62,000 nucleotides of DNA, filler included, from Jimgerdemannia flammicorona (GCA_003990765.1; 3 parts of 3 records of this genome joined end to end with filler, not necessarily neighbours in it); one strand, 5' to 3'; numbered from the whole stretch's first letter, positions 1-13,500 are shown. Notes: generated from the letters alone by a model not told the origin. Numbers and translations: made by a program.

Positions 1-1435
1 AGGAGCACATCCAAGAACTCTTAGACAATGGAGTCATCCGACCCTCTACCAGCCCTTGGGCCAGCCCTATACTTATTGTACCAAAGAAAGGAGGATGGAG
101 ACTCTGCGTGGATTACAGAAAACTCAACTCAGTCACTGAAAAGGATGCTTATCCTTTGCCCAGAATCAATGACCTTTTGGACCAGTTACAAGATACCAGA
201 TACTTCAGCAGTATGGACCTCCATGAGATCCCCATGGACCCCAAGGACATTCAAAAGACAGCCTTTCTTGCTCTGGGAAAACTGTTGGAATACCTCTGAA
301 TGCCCTTTGGACTCTGCAATGTACCCCCCACCTTCCAGAGGATGATGAATTCAGTCTATACCCCCTTGATCCACCACTGTCTGATTGTATACATGGATGA
401 TTCCAACATCTATTCAGCAAATTTCGAAGAACACCTGCACCACCTAGAGGAATTCTTCAAGCTCACCCACAAGAATCACTTGAGACTGAATGCAAAGATT
501 TACTACTTTGGAAAACAGAAACTCGAATTCCTTAGATTCATGGTCTCAAAAGAAGGAACTCATGCAGACCCAAAGAAAACCGAGAAGATCAACAATTGGC
601 TGGTACCCAAGACTCCAAAGGAAACACTATCATTCTTGATACTAGTATCCTACTATAGAAGGTTTATCAAAGATTTTGCCCAAATTGCTGCCCCAATCCG
701 AATCCTTCTCAAGAAAGGAGTGCCATTCAAATGGACAGAATTACAGGAAAAAGCTTTCAGAGAACTCAAGAACCGCATGACTACAGCACCAATCCTTGTG
801 TGCCCCAATCTATAGAAGCCATTTATCTTGAAAACAGATACTTCTAAAGATGGCCTAGGAGCAGTTCTAGCCCAAGAAGGACCTGACCAACAGCACCATA
901 TGATAGCTTATGCAAGCAGGGTAACCAACCAGCAGCAGATGAACTATGGTAGCACCAAACTGGAATGCCTTGCAGTCATATGGATGGTCACCCTGTTCAA
1001 GCATTACCTCATCAGAAAAAGGTTCACCCTGATCACAGACCATGTAGCCCTCAAATGGCTATTCAACCACAAGAAACCTACTGGAATTCTAGCCTACTGG
1101 ATCCTCATCCTTCAGGATTACAAAATCACCATTATACACAAAGCAGGGAAAGCTCCCAACAATGTTGATGTACTTTCCCACCAAGGAACAAGAAAATCTC
1201 ATCTGACAAGAACATCAGAAAGCCCACCAAGGACAGACATACATAGAAGACAAGATTCAAAAACAATATCAACATTGGCCCCACCTCAGAGCTCAAGTAC
1301 GGGACATCATTCAGAAATATGACACCTGCCAGAAGTACCAAGGAAAGAAGAACTATCAAGCCCCTCTGCAACTGATTCCCCCACCCACTCATCTTTCAAA
1401 GATGGGGAGTAGATGTAATTGGACCTCTACCAGTT

Positions 1436-4178
1436 TTTTTTTTTTTTTTTTTTTTTATAGTCGCTTGGACTCCTTTATTCCACTAGTCTAATGAAAAACA
1501 CTATCCATGTATCGCTATGATTACCTCAGAACAACAATGAGCCCAACCCACCACTATTTATAATAATACAAAGAAGGGCCATTTAGCCCACACCTTCTTT
1601 CTACCTCACCCTCTTCTCACCAAGTACAAGGTGCTCCTGACTTCTCTGAACAATATCTAACACCTTCTTCATGGCCCCCAACTGGTGCCTCTTCCCCTGA
1701 TACCACCACCCTTGCACCACTTCCAAGAGTAACCCCTTCCACTGCTCCACCAATTCTCCAATTTCCATCCAGGGATCCCTCTCCAACACCCATCGCCAGT
1801 ACACCGCCATCAGTACCCAGATTCCGATAATCCGACCTAGGCCTCCCCAGATGTCCCCAATTTCTCCCACCAGTCGATGCTTGATCACCCGACAAGTGGG
1901 GCCCCCTGCCTGCTCACTCTCTTCCCCCCAATAACCTTCCAATATCTGCCAAAATCCTTCAACCCCTGGACAAGCTGCCAGAACATGCTCTAGAGTCTGC
2001 ACTACTCCCCCATCCAGCTCACAACACCACTCACATTCCCTTACACCTTCTTCCACCATCCACCCCATCCTGTACCCCAGTATGATGTTCTTCTGCAGAA
2101 ATCACCACCATACCACCCAGAACTTTGGCAGGGCAATCTTGAGTAGCGAGGTCCCCCAACTCCAAACCTGACCCCACTCCCATTCTTCTCCAAACCCAGC
2201 CTTCTGCCAACCAACCGGCCACCTCTCAAGTGGACCCATCCAGATCCATTCCATCGCTCCAGACAAAGCATATTCCACCAATGGGTGGCCACCAATATGA
2301 ATCACACTAAATTGCCACCATCGCCATTCTGGGTCCTCCTCTTCTTCGCCAGGTTCTGGGCCCATGAGTCCTATTACTAGCCAAGCTTCTACAATACCCC
2401 ACCAGAATCCCCTATAATACAACCTGCCAACTCTTCCAACCTGGAGCAAACCCTGCATGTCCTTCCGAGCCTTGCTCCAGGGACAGAACTGAACTTCCCA
2501 GTTGTCCATAGCTAGTTTGCTCTAACCCTCCACTCCTAATTCTGCCATTTGACAACCCCACCAGCCTCAAAGTACCTTCAGCTACCTTCTGAAGTCCACC
2601 AGCCCCAGACCTCCATCTGCCTTCGGTGTCACCATAATCTCCCAACTAATCTGTGATCTCCTTCCCTGCCACAGCCATCCTTCAACCACCTTCTTCAGTT
2701 TCTGTACCACCCATCCTGGAAAGTCCAGGTGGTATCCCAAGTACCACAGCTTTAGTAACCAATATACATTCAAAACTACAATTCTCCCAACCAAGGAGAA
2801 GCCCCTCCCAGACCAGCCCACCAAAATATTCTCCCACTTCTATATCAATCCACACCACCACTCTTTCGGCAGCACCATCCCATAAACTAAGAACCAGATA
2901 CCCAGATGAGGACTGTCTGCAGGCACTCCCAGTTTGCCCTTCACCACCTCTTCCTCTTTCCATCAGTCAGAATCCAGATCCAGTCCTTGGCAAACTCCTC
3001 CCATTTCCTCTTCTGCAGTTTCTTCACAGCCTCTCTCTCCTCTAGGGCAACTAGCAATTCCTCCTCCTTCTGTTCAGAACCCTTCCTTCTCTACACTTTG
3101 CACTCCTGCCCTCTGATATGAATTACTTCTGGCCAGTCCCTCCCCTGCCCCATGGCTCCTTGCCTTCCAGCCTCACCATCACCTCACAGTTGCCATTCCT
3201 CAACTTGGTCCCCTCCCAGAACATAAACCTGAAGTCAACCATCTCACCAAATGCCCCCAGTGCCTCTGCCACCATTCCTTTGGTCTCCTGTCTCCCCAAT
3301 GTCAGCAGCCCTTCAATCACCAGTTGCACTACCCGTGGGTCCCACCTCAGGCACCTCGCCATACTGACCTTGATGCTCTTGATGACCAGCCATTTCTCCA
3401 AGGCCTTCACCATCTCCTCCTCCTCAACGAATCCTATCTCAACTGCCTCAGCTAATGGGATGAACTTGAGCGACTCTGCCCCTGCAATCTCCTCTCCCAC
3501 TAGCTGCAAGACCTCCCTAGCAGACATCCCCAGCCCCAAAAAATTTGCTGATATGGCCCACATCAACACCAACTTGTGGAAGAAGGGACGCACCACTAGT
3601 TCACCAGAACCAGCTGCCATTGTCATCTTCTTCTTGTTCTCTGACACTCCAGCAGTCACCCCAGCCACTGGCCCAGCCCCAGGAATACTAGTTTCAGCCA
3701 CACCACTTCTGGACCCCTGGCCCCTAGCAGGCACCTGACCAGTCACCTGACCTGTCACCTGGCCAGTCACCTGACTCCTACTCCTGTCAATACTATGCCC
3801 CCCCTGCCCTACCCCCATGGGCCTAGTAGCCATCCTCCTGCCCCCCATCACCATGTGCCAACTCTCAATGCCAGCCTGCCTCCCCTGACCACCTACTCCT
3901 CTTGCCCCTACCCCCACTCCAACTGTCACCGCGAAACTCCTGGGAGACCCAGACCAGGCCTCCTTCTCTCCAAATACTCAGAGCTTGATCAACCTTGGGT
4001 TGCCATCTGACAAAAACTCCACTGAAACAGATGAGACTTGTTGTGTACTATAGCTAGACTTCTGCTGCACCTCGTACACCAGTATAGATGATGGGAAAAC
4101 TTGAAACATGTTGCTTGTCACAAAAAGATGTCTGTGTGGCTTAGCTCGCTCCAAATGGTTTGAGCCAAAGAAGATCCC
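1436..4178 (-). mobile_element. Internally deleted L1/Tx1-like LINE (ORF1 plus C-terminal part of ORF2, poly(A) tail) inserted in the Gypsy A integrase
   Basis: Poly-T at 1434-1456 is the poly(A) tail on the minus strand. 16-bp TSD TGGACCTCTACCAGTT at 1420-1435 and 4179-4194. ORF1 3123-3929 shares RCLRWDPRVVQL with the LINE at 14890. ORF2 remnant LGIWF...SLVGRIVVLN...GGLGLVDF and zinc-finger region CEWC...EHVLAAC. Confidence 0.92.
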
Positions 4179-5026
4179 TGGACCTCTACCAGTTACACCA
4201 AGAAGAAACCAATATATCCTTATATTTGTAGAATATCTGACCAAGTGGCCCGAGGCTTTCCCAATTGAAATTGCAGATGCCTTAACTATTATAGGCCTCC
4301 TCCATGGACTCACACTCAGATATGGACCCCCAGAAGAACTTATCTCTGACTGAGGCACAGAATTCATCAATAACATAATCACAAGTTATGCTCAAATTCA
4401 CAAGATCCACCTCAAAAGGACCACATCATACCACCCACAGACCAATGGCATGACAGAAAGAATAAACCAGACCATCAAGAAAGGACTTGCCCAAGTGAAC
4501 CCTACTAATTGGGACCTCTGCTTACCTGAGATTCTATGGGAAATTTGGAATATCCCTGCTATGTCCACCAAACAAAAGCTATTCGAAATGATGTTTGCCA
4601 AGAGAACCAGAACTGCCGACCATGAGAATCTCAGAGACCTCCTCAAGAAGGCAGAACAGTTACGAAATCAAGCCTAAGGACAGATTATCAAAACCCAGGA
4701 AAGACAAAAGAAGTACTATAACCAAAAACAGAAGGATCAGGAGATCAAGATTAGAGATCAAGTCCTAGTTTGGAGAAGCATGATTGAGACAAACTTTGCC
4801 ACCAAACTAGAACCGAAATAGGAAGGATCTTATCTTGTACACAACATCAGAGAAACCAGCATCTATTTAAGAAGCATGGATGGATGAACCCTGAGAACAC
4901 CAGTACACATCAATCACCTCAAGATATACTTCTCACACCATAAACCAGAGAATTGACAACTGCCTCCAAACTCTTGTCCTCAGTTCCCTCCAAGCCCTAT
5001 CAGTTCCCCTACCTCAGTTCCAGGAA

Positions 5027-5452
5027 CCGAATGGAACCTATCTTCAGAGAATCTGAGTTCATCAAGAGAATCTCACTTTGGCCGAGAGGCTACTCCAGGT
5101 CCACCAGCTGCAGGCATATTATGCAATTGGAGAACAATTGCAGAATCTTTCTCTCCCAGACCTAGCCTATGTCCGAAACACCACTGGCCTGAACAGAAGG
5201 AACACTACTGCTGCAGACAGACTATATACAATATATAAACAAAATCCTTCTGCCTTAATCCAGGCCCAGTTTTCCCTGAATGATCTCTAAAGGATGATAC
5301 TGCCCACCTACCTCAGCATTATTCACTAAGTGGAGATCCTATTTCCTGAGGAAGAAGAAGAACCCCTGGAATAGAGTGACTGCAGCTCAGATGATAATGA
5401 TGGAACAGGTATAGATGCAGAAGCTGCTTATGCCTATTGGGATGATGACTGA
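5027..5452 (+). pseudogene. Extra ORF between integrase and PPT of Gypsy A (uncharacterised accessory protein, decayed)
   Basis: One frame reads NGTYLQRI*VHQENLTLAERLLQVHQLQAYYAIGEQLQ...TTAADRLYTIYKQNPSAL...acidic tail. A similar ORF sits at the same position in Gypsy C and D. Confidence 0.7.
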
Positions 5453-5491
5453 AGAATAGTCTGGGACAGACTACCCTTCAGTGGGGGCTGT

Positions 5492-6863
5492 TGTAACAGA
5501 CCAAAACATACCATCTGAATTATAACTTAGCCAGATGACACGAACAATTAGCATACTTACTCAGCATGATGTGACGTCCAGTGTATCATAGTTACTCATG
5601 CCTGCCACACTTATAATTAGCCAAAACACCAGACCAAGATTGTTTACCTGTGTCCTGAGGACACACTCATGTCCTGCGGACACACTCATGTCCTGCAGAC
5701 ACACTCATATCCTGTAGACAGACCTGTACTCAGAGGACACACCCAAACATTACTGAAGATAGCAAATCTATAGTTAGCCACATAGTAACCAGATAGCAAC
5801 CAACTTGTATAAATTACCCCAGAGACAAAAGTGAATAAACCTCAGTCCAAATTGAAGTGCAAACCAAAGAAGCCTCTAAAGATTGAGCAATTGGTCCCCT
5901 TATTCCCACTCTGGTCCACTTTCTGATACAAAGATTGATTGGTTCACTTGCCAGATAAGCCTGAAGATTTGCCGCCTAAGTTCAAGAAGAACTTTGCCAC
6001 CTTTTGAGTAACCTGCTGCTTAAGGAATAAGCCACCATTTTCAAGTTATCCACATTCCCAGAGAAAGCCACCTTGCCTAAGCCAGTTTCCGACACAACTT
6101 CACAGTGATCCATTCATGCAAACGAAGCCAGTCTTTGATGCAACTTTGCCAAGAGACCCTTTCCAAGCTGCCATCCGGTTTCCCTGTTAGAGCCCACCGA
6201 TCCACTATTTTTGAGTTATCCACTATATTCCCAGTTGAAGCCAAATCCGCGCCATCCGAGTTAATTCCCAGTTAAGCCACCACTTTCAAGAAGCCTGCCA
6301 AATCTGCATTGTCTGCCACTTTCGAGTTATCCGCATTCCCAGAAGAGCCACCCAAGTTGTTTGTCATTCCCAGTGAGCCCGGTACTAAAGAAACTGCACC
6401 ATATATTCCCAGTGAGCCAAATCGAGTTATCCACCAGATTATCAGAATGTCCTGCATAAGGAACCTGCCACGCTATACAGAGATCATCATGCTACACAAG
6501 ATCATCATACAGAAATCACATAAGGAGAACTGCTAAATTACCAGACTATCATATACAGAGATCATCACACTAAGACTATCACTCAGAAATCACATACTTT
6601 TGGAAATTGTCTCACTAAACAAAATTGTGGCATTCCCAGTTGACCCAAGAAAGAAAGATACAAATCACCACTACACCCAGAGAACTGTCCCAATAAGGAA
6701 ACCACTTGCAGATATCCAGCTTTGACTATTATACCACTAAACACTAAGGATCTCAGGAATCTTAGAATATTTTGTTGCTTTTTGACAAAGTAACTGGGGG
6801 CTCAAGCCAAACTACATCAACCCCCAACCTTGTAATTTGCCTCCATTGAGCTGGCATGTTACA
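5492..6863 (+). repeat. 3' LTR of Gypsy A (~1.37 kb)
   Basis: Starts TGTAACA right after the PPT and ends TGTTACA (7-bp terminal inverted repeat). TATAAAT ~5808 and AATAAA ~5834. Unrelated pol sequence begins directly after it. Confidence 0.85.
5651..5720 (+). repeat. 19-bp tandem repeat (TGTCCTGxxGACACACTCA, ~4 copies) in the LTR U3 region
   Basis: Directly visible tandem units. Confidence 0.85.
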
Positions 6864-8501
6864 ATAGTGATGATGCCGATAAGTATATACAGTATCATCA
6901 ATACTAACTAAAGGATAATACTATCTACTATAAAGACAGACTGTATGGCCCAAACAACTGAGACCTCTGAAGGACAATCCTATTCGAATGTCATGATGCC
7001 TCTACAGCTGGACATTTAGGATTTGATAAATACTATGAAGTTATCTCCTGAAACTTCTATTGGACCTGTATGGCAGATCAGCTCAAAACCTACATCACTT
7101 TCTGTGATGCCTGCCAATGAAACAAGTCCTCAATACTAGCAAAACCTGGCTTACTTTACCCTATCCCAGTACTATCTGTAAATTGGAAACAAATCTCTAT
7201 GGACTTCATTATACAACTACCCTGAACCAAGAACGGGAAAGATGCAATTATTGTCTTTGTATATTACCTCAGCAAACAAGCCTACTTTGTGTCTACTACC
7301 ACTACTGCAACAGCACCAGACATAGCCACACTCTTATTTGACAATATCTTCCACTATCATAGTCTTCCTAAGATCATTGTTAGTGACCGAGATCCAAAAT
7401 TCACCAGCCATTTTTGGAAAGCCCTCCATACACACCTTGGAACAAAACTTGCACTATCAACAGCCTTTTATCCAGAAACTGATGGCCAAACTAAAAGAAT
7501 GAACCGAACTCTGGAACAAATGCTAAGGAACTATGTTTCCTACAGACAAGATGACTGGCATGAACACCTTACTACAGTCAAGTTTGCCTATAACAATAGC
7601 AAGCAAACCTCTCTCGAAATGACCCCATTCTTCACCAAAACTGGACAAAACCAAACACCCCTTTGACACTTATCTGAACAACTGAAGAACCCTCCACAGT
7701 CGAAGCTGTTGAAGAATTCTTACTCTGAATGCACAATCTAAGCCAGATTGCTATTGAGAATTTATTATGAGCTCAAGAACAACAGTCACAGTATGTTAAC
7801 CAACACTGCTGAGAAGAAACCTTTGATATTGGAGAAAAAGTTCTACTGGACATCAGAGGATACCGAGTTGACAACCTCAAGCACAGACTATCTACAAAGC
7901 TGAACAGCAAGTTCATTGGACCATTTGAAGTCATTGCATAAGTCTCTAACCTCCTACAAATTGGCACTACCAGACACCATTAAGATTCACCCAGTCTTTA
8001 ATGTTCAATGTCTCAAGTGATATAATGAGAATGATGACAAGCTATTTCGAAACTGGACCACCAAACCACCTACACCTGTTATTATTAATGACTAAGAAGA
8101 GTATGAAGTTGAACAAATCCTCAACAAACGTGGCAACAAGAGCTACCCTGAGTACCTTGTCAAATAGAAAGGTTACCCGATCCATGATGCAACCTGGGAA
8201 CCCAAGACCAATCTTCAGAATACTACCAACCTAGTTCAGGAATATGATTCCTTAAACAACTAGAACGAAATACTTCACACCTATCTATACATACTACATA
8301 TATATTATCCTCCCGAACATTATAATTATTGTAAACTAAACCAAGAACTCAGCAAAACAAGACAAGAATACTGACCCTCTGGAAAAATAGCAAAACTGAA
8401 AGCAAGCCTATTCTCCCTATACTACTGGTGGGAAACAAGGTATAGACATAACAAAATTAGAAGGCCCTGATGAGGACATCGAAAGCTAAGAAGGGGAGAG
8501 T

Positions 8502-10562
8502 TGTAAGCGCACAACCTCCAAGCCACTGAAATTACATGTCACCCTCTGAACAAGTCACTGAAATCACACATGACCTCTGAACAAATCTGGAAATCACCTG
8601 CTTGATCACAAAGCTGAGTCAAACTGAAGTCACAGTGCACAAAGCTGAGTCAATATGAAGTCACAGAACACAAGATTTACACAAATGGAATCTTACCAAT
8701 TAGGACCAAATGCATATATATTGAGCACTGAGATATGTCAAATCAGAGAACCAAAACAAACCACAACCACAACTTCCAAACATACAAACATAACCACCAA
8801 GATCTATACCTGTATCCGCACTGACATTTGGAATGCCATTTTCAACTGAGCCACACCCCCTCTGCCCCTTATGAATATCCATAGCCTAGCACCCCTCTAC
8901 TTCGTGGAAGCCTGATGGAATGCTCTGAACATGCTTAGTAAGGCCCACTGAATTGGACAAATCTCAAGCTACTACCAGATCAGCTGCCTTCTGGAAGACA
9001 TGATTGAATACCACCACAATACAGACATTACCCAGATGTCTCAACACCAGAAGCTCATCGCCTGCAAACATCAAGAACTCTTCTACGAGTATAGCACCAT
9101 TATTCTCCACCTCTGAGTTACCACAGCCAAAATGGTTGCTACTCTGTCCTATGGCCAAATCAATGACATGATATAAGAACTCAACCACAATTACCTCAAG
9201 TACATCAAAACCACAGACAGAACCTTCCCATACCCCAATGATCATATCCTGCAAATGCCCCAAGTTGGATATGCCATGAAGGACATCTACAATATAATCC
9301 ACTTCAATGAAGATGAAGCAGAAGACAATGATCCCTCCGATGCCAACATGACCTCTAGCCAAGGATCTCTGCCAACCCTGATTACACCGCCAATCTTGCC
9401 AATGAACTTATAATAATTTATAACAGCATACAAGACTTATTGGGACAATGACCACTGGTATGAATACCAATCTGCATTCACTCCCGATTACTTCAACTAC
9501 AACAAAGAGACCGGAGAACATGACCTGTACCTCCAGACAACTCTCGAGATTGAACCAACCACTCCACCACCTGAGTATGAGTGATATGAACCACAGCCAC
9601 CAGCTTACTACAACCCCACAACTTATAGTGCTATAATCTACAGAAAATATGCAGACAGCGAATTCGATGCAAGTGAAGACAATACACCCCTCCTTTATCT
9701 ACCAATACCTTATCCAGTATATGAGACAGACAATACTATTCTGTGGGATGGTGATGAAGTTCCAATGTATTATTACCTCAGCAAACAAGGAGAAGTAATC
9801 CACGAACCACTCTTCCTAGACGACTACTTCATCAGAGATGATGCAATTGATGGTGATGTCATCGAAGACTACTCAGACAGTGCCTAAACCTATAAATAGT
9901 CTAGCAGTCATAGTATAGTTAGATTAGTCTTATATGATGTGACTGTGGACTGACTCAGCTGTCAGACAATCTTTTGACATATCAGATCACACTTGTACTA
10001 CATAACTGCATTCTGACTCAGCAAGGCACTTAGTGCTACCTCCATATTAGCATAGTCTACATAGCCCCTCACTGGTATAAATACACCCTCCCCCAGACCT
10101 CAGAATCTCAGAATCGAACATACAAGTACATTTCTGAACACTTCTCCACAATATCTCATCATACAACTACTCCTAGTATAGCAATATCATGAATAGCAAA
10201 TAAACCTATTTAATAACCCACAAATCACTTTTAAGTAAATCTGCTCCCTGTTAGGTCCTACTCCTAACCCCATTATGAAATTTCCTACTTGGGTATTGTC
10301 TGCAGTGATATGCCAATTCAACTAAGCTAGTCTTAGTTTTTTGAACTTCCTGAAATATGGAAAATCCTGAACATCCAGAACTAGTCCAAAAAAGGACTTT
10401 GGTTGAGACCTTAATCCGATCTTGAAATCAATAAGCATAGAGGACATACTCCATATGAAATTGACCTTGACCAATAGAAAACAGTCTTCCAGAATATCCA
10501 GAACCTCCAGAAAACCTTTCCAGAACTATGTAACAGTTACCCTAAAAAGCAACCCTCTTACA
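8502..10562 (+). repeat. 3' LTR of chromovirus B (~2.06 kb)
   Basis: TGTAAG...CTTACA inverted termini, preceded by the PPT. TATAAATA ~10076 and AATAAA ~10199. LINE sequence resumes at 10563. Only one LTR copy is in the window. Confidence 0.75.
8655..9887 (+). pseudogene. ~400-codon decayed ORF inside the chromovirus LTR (U3), unknown protein with acidic C-terminus and PPxY motifs
   Basis: A single reading frame from 8655/8685 to TAA 9885-9887, interrupted only by TGA/TAA stops consistent with C-to-T changes in CGA/CAA. Contains SYYQISCLLE...KLIACKHQELF, PPPEY and PPAYY. Confidence 0.7.
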
Positions 10563-13500
10563 GTTACCCTCTTATAGACTAATCATCAATACCCAGAACA
10601 AGAGAGAGATATCAATTCTCTTTAAATCTTCTCTAGTCAAACTTACCTAATCTGATTATAGATCTTCTTCAAATCTAAGAAGACTACTTTTCTATTCAGC
10701 TTACTAGTTCTCATCCCTTCAATCTTACCATATATCCAGACTATATCACCTCTAATCAGTCTGCTTCCAATCAAATTTCATTTCTTATCTCCTAATATCT
10801 ATTGGGTCACCTTCTGTGACCTCACAATAATCACTTTAGTGATCAACTTTTTTTCTATATCTAGAAGTATAATTGATCTCCAATTCTTCCAATTCTCTCT
10901 CCTGCTCTTATTCTTATATAGTAGTGCTACCATACTAATGTCCTGCCCTCTGACTTACTTCCTAAATATGAGGACATAGTTACAAAGTACTGTCATTTTC
11001 TCCAACACCCCCAGGACCCACACTATCTTCTTCCAAAAGTCTCAGGTTAGGCCATTCTTACCAGGAGCTATGCCCAACTTTATAGCTACTAAGATTCTTA
11101 AGATTTCCTTCTTCTGATCTGGTAGAATTAGATCCTTGAGATCATCAACATATAGAGAGTACTATTCCTCCAGAGAGCACACAATAATCTTCTCATCCAT
11201 ACTCTCTTTCTTCTTACTCCACAGTCCTCCTCACTGATTCTTCAAAGAATCAAACTACTATACTCATTTACTATGATACTCTTCTCATCTAATACTTTAT
11301 CTTACTACTGTCTCACCCTCCTTATCTGAAGAAGTCTAGTCAGATACTTAGTGGGCCCCTCATCTTTCTCAAGTCTCTGCCACTATACCTAAGTGGCTAT
11401 ACCCTATACTAAAGCCTCCTCCTTCTCTCTTAACACCCTCTTCAACTTCTTTATCTTTATCTAAACTCATTCTAGTCTACAATCTTTGACAGTCTCTCAG
11501 TCTATCAGACTAGCTCATATTAGCTATAACCTTTTCAACTATTGGGAAATTCACCCCACCCTCTGTCTCTACTGAACACCCTTGAATCTACTCTTCAATA
11601 CATCCTAACAACCTTCTTCAACTTTACCCAGCAGACTCTCACAGCAGATCTCTTATAGTTCTAGCATATAATCTTTGATTTAATATTCTCCACCCAAGCC
11701 TCTCACAACCTGGTCTCTTCCAGCAAGGAGGAATTGAGACATTAATATTCAGATCTATTTGCATCCTCTCTAAACTAACTATATCTCATAAGTCCCCAAT
11801 AATCTAACCATGGGCACTACTCAATCTCCAGGTCTACTCAAACATCTATCCCACAGTAGTCAGTGGTCAGTATCCAGTCAATTCTCATCCCAAGTCTATT
11901 CACTCAGTGGGTGTAAACCCTCCTGTTTCCCCATAACAATTTGCTAGGATCTACTAAAGAACTTAGATGTTTTACTTTCTCTTAGATATTCAGACCACTT
12001 CTATGGTCTCCAATACTCCTTCCTCTATCAGTCCTGTCTAATAACACATTTTACACTATATTGAAATCTCCACTAAGTACATCTATGTGTATCTCAGTAA
12101 GTATACCCTACTTATGAAGACTCTACTTAGTTACCCCTCACTGCTGGACAATATCAGGAGCCACTCACTACCAGACCTCCACCACTCTCTCCAAACCAAG
12201 CAATCACTCCAACCCTCAACCTCACAAAGATCTCCTCTACCTTTCTATACTAGAATCTCCACCTTACCCTTTCAAACTACTATACTACTCTATTTTCTTA
12301 CTCACTCCTGTCTATTAAGTCTCTCTTATAGTATATATTCTATAATAAAAAAAGATCTGAATCCAATTCTCTGAGCCAAGCAAAAATGTTTTAATATCTT
12401 ATAGAGCCCCTCAGATCATTTATATTCAGTGAGAAAATATTAGTTATACTGTTTATAATTAAATAATACTATATAGTATTCTCAATATTCTTATAGTTCT
12501 ATACTTACCTCATTCTGAGCCAAGTCCAACTATGTTCTATAATAGCCTCCTCCTCCTTGACCTTCCTAGTCTCCAATTTAGCCAGTATTTCTGCTATTGT
12601 CTCATTATCCTTAGTCTCTATCTTCTCTTTATATTCAGTGCATGTCTTCTGCCAAAGTTACAATTCATATCATCGATTCCACCAGAAGGCAGCATATTTC
12701 TCAGTAGCTACCACTAATTCAGCTTCTCTCTCAGTATCAACCTCATAACTCTCTTTCTCCAGAAATACCACTAATATCTCAGTCTTTGGCTTCTCTACTA
12801 CTCTATTATCTTATGATACTCTTACTCAATACTCCTTATTAACAATCCTCAAGTCCACTTCTCTTGCTCTTTCACAGCAAAATTATCTATTGTCTTAATC
12901 ATTCACCTTAAGATATTAATGTTCTTTCCACCTGGGGTCACAGATCTCCCCTCTCCTAGTATGTATTATGACATCAATACTAGTAATTACAGACTCATCT
13001 CATTCCTCCTTCTGGAACTTCTGCTGCTTATCCTCCTTGATCCCAACTACTTATCCACTCTTCACTACATCAGATACCACAAACTAGATCGTGTGTATGC
13101 CCCATATCTCTATATTCTCTCCAATATTTCTGACCTGAGCACTAGCCCTCATCTTGTACTTCACTTTCTCTTCTCAGATCAAAGTACTCTATTATTATAT
13201 AGCTACTGGCTTACAACCTCTCTGCTCACTACCATATTCTCTATCATCTACTCTTCTCTATTTCTAGCCCAAGTGCTCACCTTTACTTCTTTTGAGCCCT
13301 CTATAGCCCCAGTTACAGACCTCTCCTTTATGTCTACCAATAGATCTCTCTGCCTTTTTCTCTTCCTACATCATCTCATCTATATGAATCTACTTTTCTT
13401 TATTATCTCCATATATATCAGTGTCTCTTTCTTAAGTTTACCATACTGCTGCCCTATACTTTACTACTTCACTAAGCTCCTCCAGAGTCTCCAGCTGATC

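Larger units (their letters stand above)
1..6863 (+). mobile_element. Ty3/Gypsy LTR retrotransposon A, 5'-truncated by the contig start and degenerate: RT, RNase H, integrase, extra 3' ORF, PPT, 3' LTR
   Basis: RT motifs DYRKLN/YPLPRI/MPFGL/YMDD (28-815). RNase H TDTSKDGLGAVL...TDH (828-1170). Integrase WGVDVIGPLP|VTPRRNQYIL...SD..TEF...YHPQTNG split by a LINE insertion. PPT CAGTGGGGGCTG at ~5479-5490 followed by the LTR. Confidence 0.93.
6864..10562 (+). mobile_element. Chromovirus-type Gypsy element B (integrase + chromodomain + PPT + ~2-kb 3' LTR), degenerate
   Basis: HHCC zinc domain (ECHD...GHLG...CDAC), ISMDFI, IVSDRDPKFTS, YPETDGQT, KFIGPF, chromodomain EYEVEQIL...YLVK*KGY...TWEP (~8095-8260). 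PPT AAGAAGGGGAGAG at 8488-8500. LTR runs TGTAAG (8502) to CTTACA (10562). Confidence 0.92.

Noticed and set aside
5651..5720. Short direct repeats as a CRISPR array
   Set aside because: No unique spacers, no cas genes, and a eukaryotic LTR context.
8964..9362. Minus-strand hydrophobic ORF in the LTR
   Set aside because: Antisense shadow of the longer plus-strand frame.
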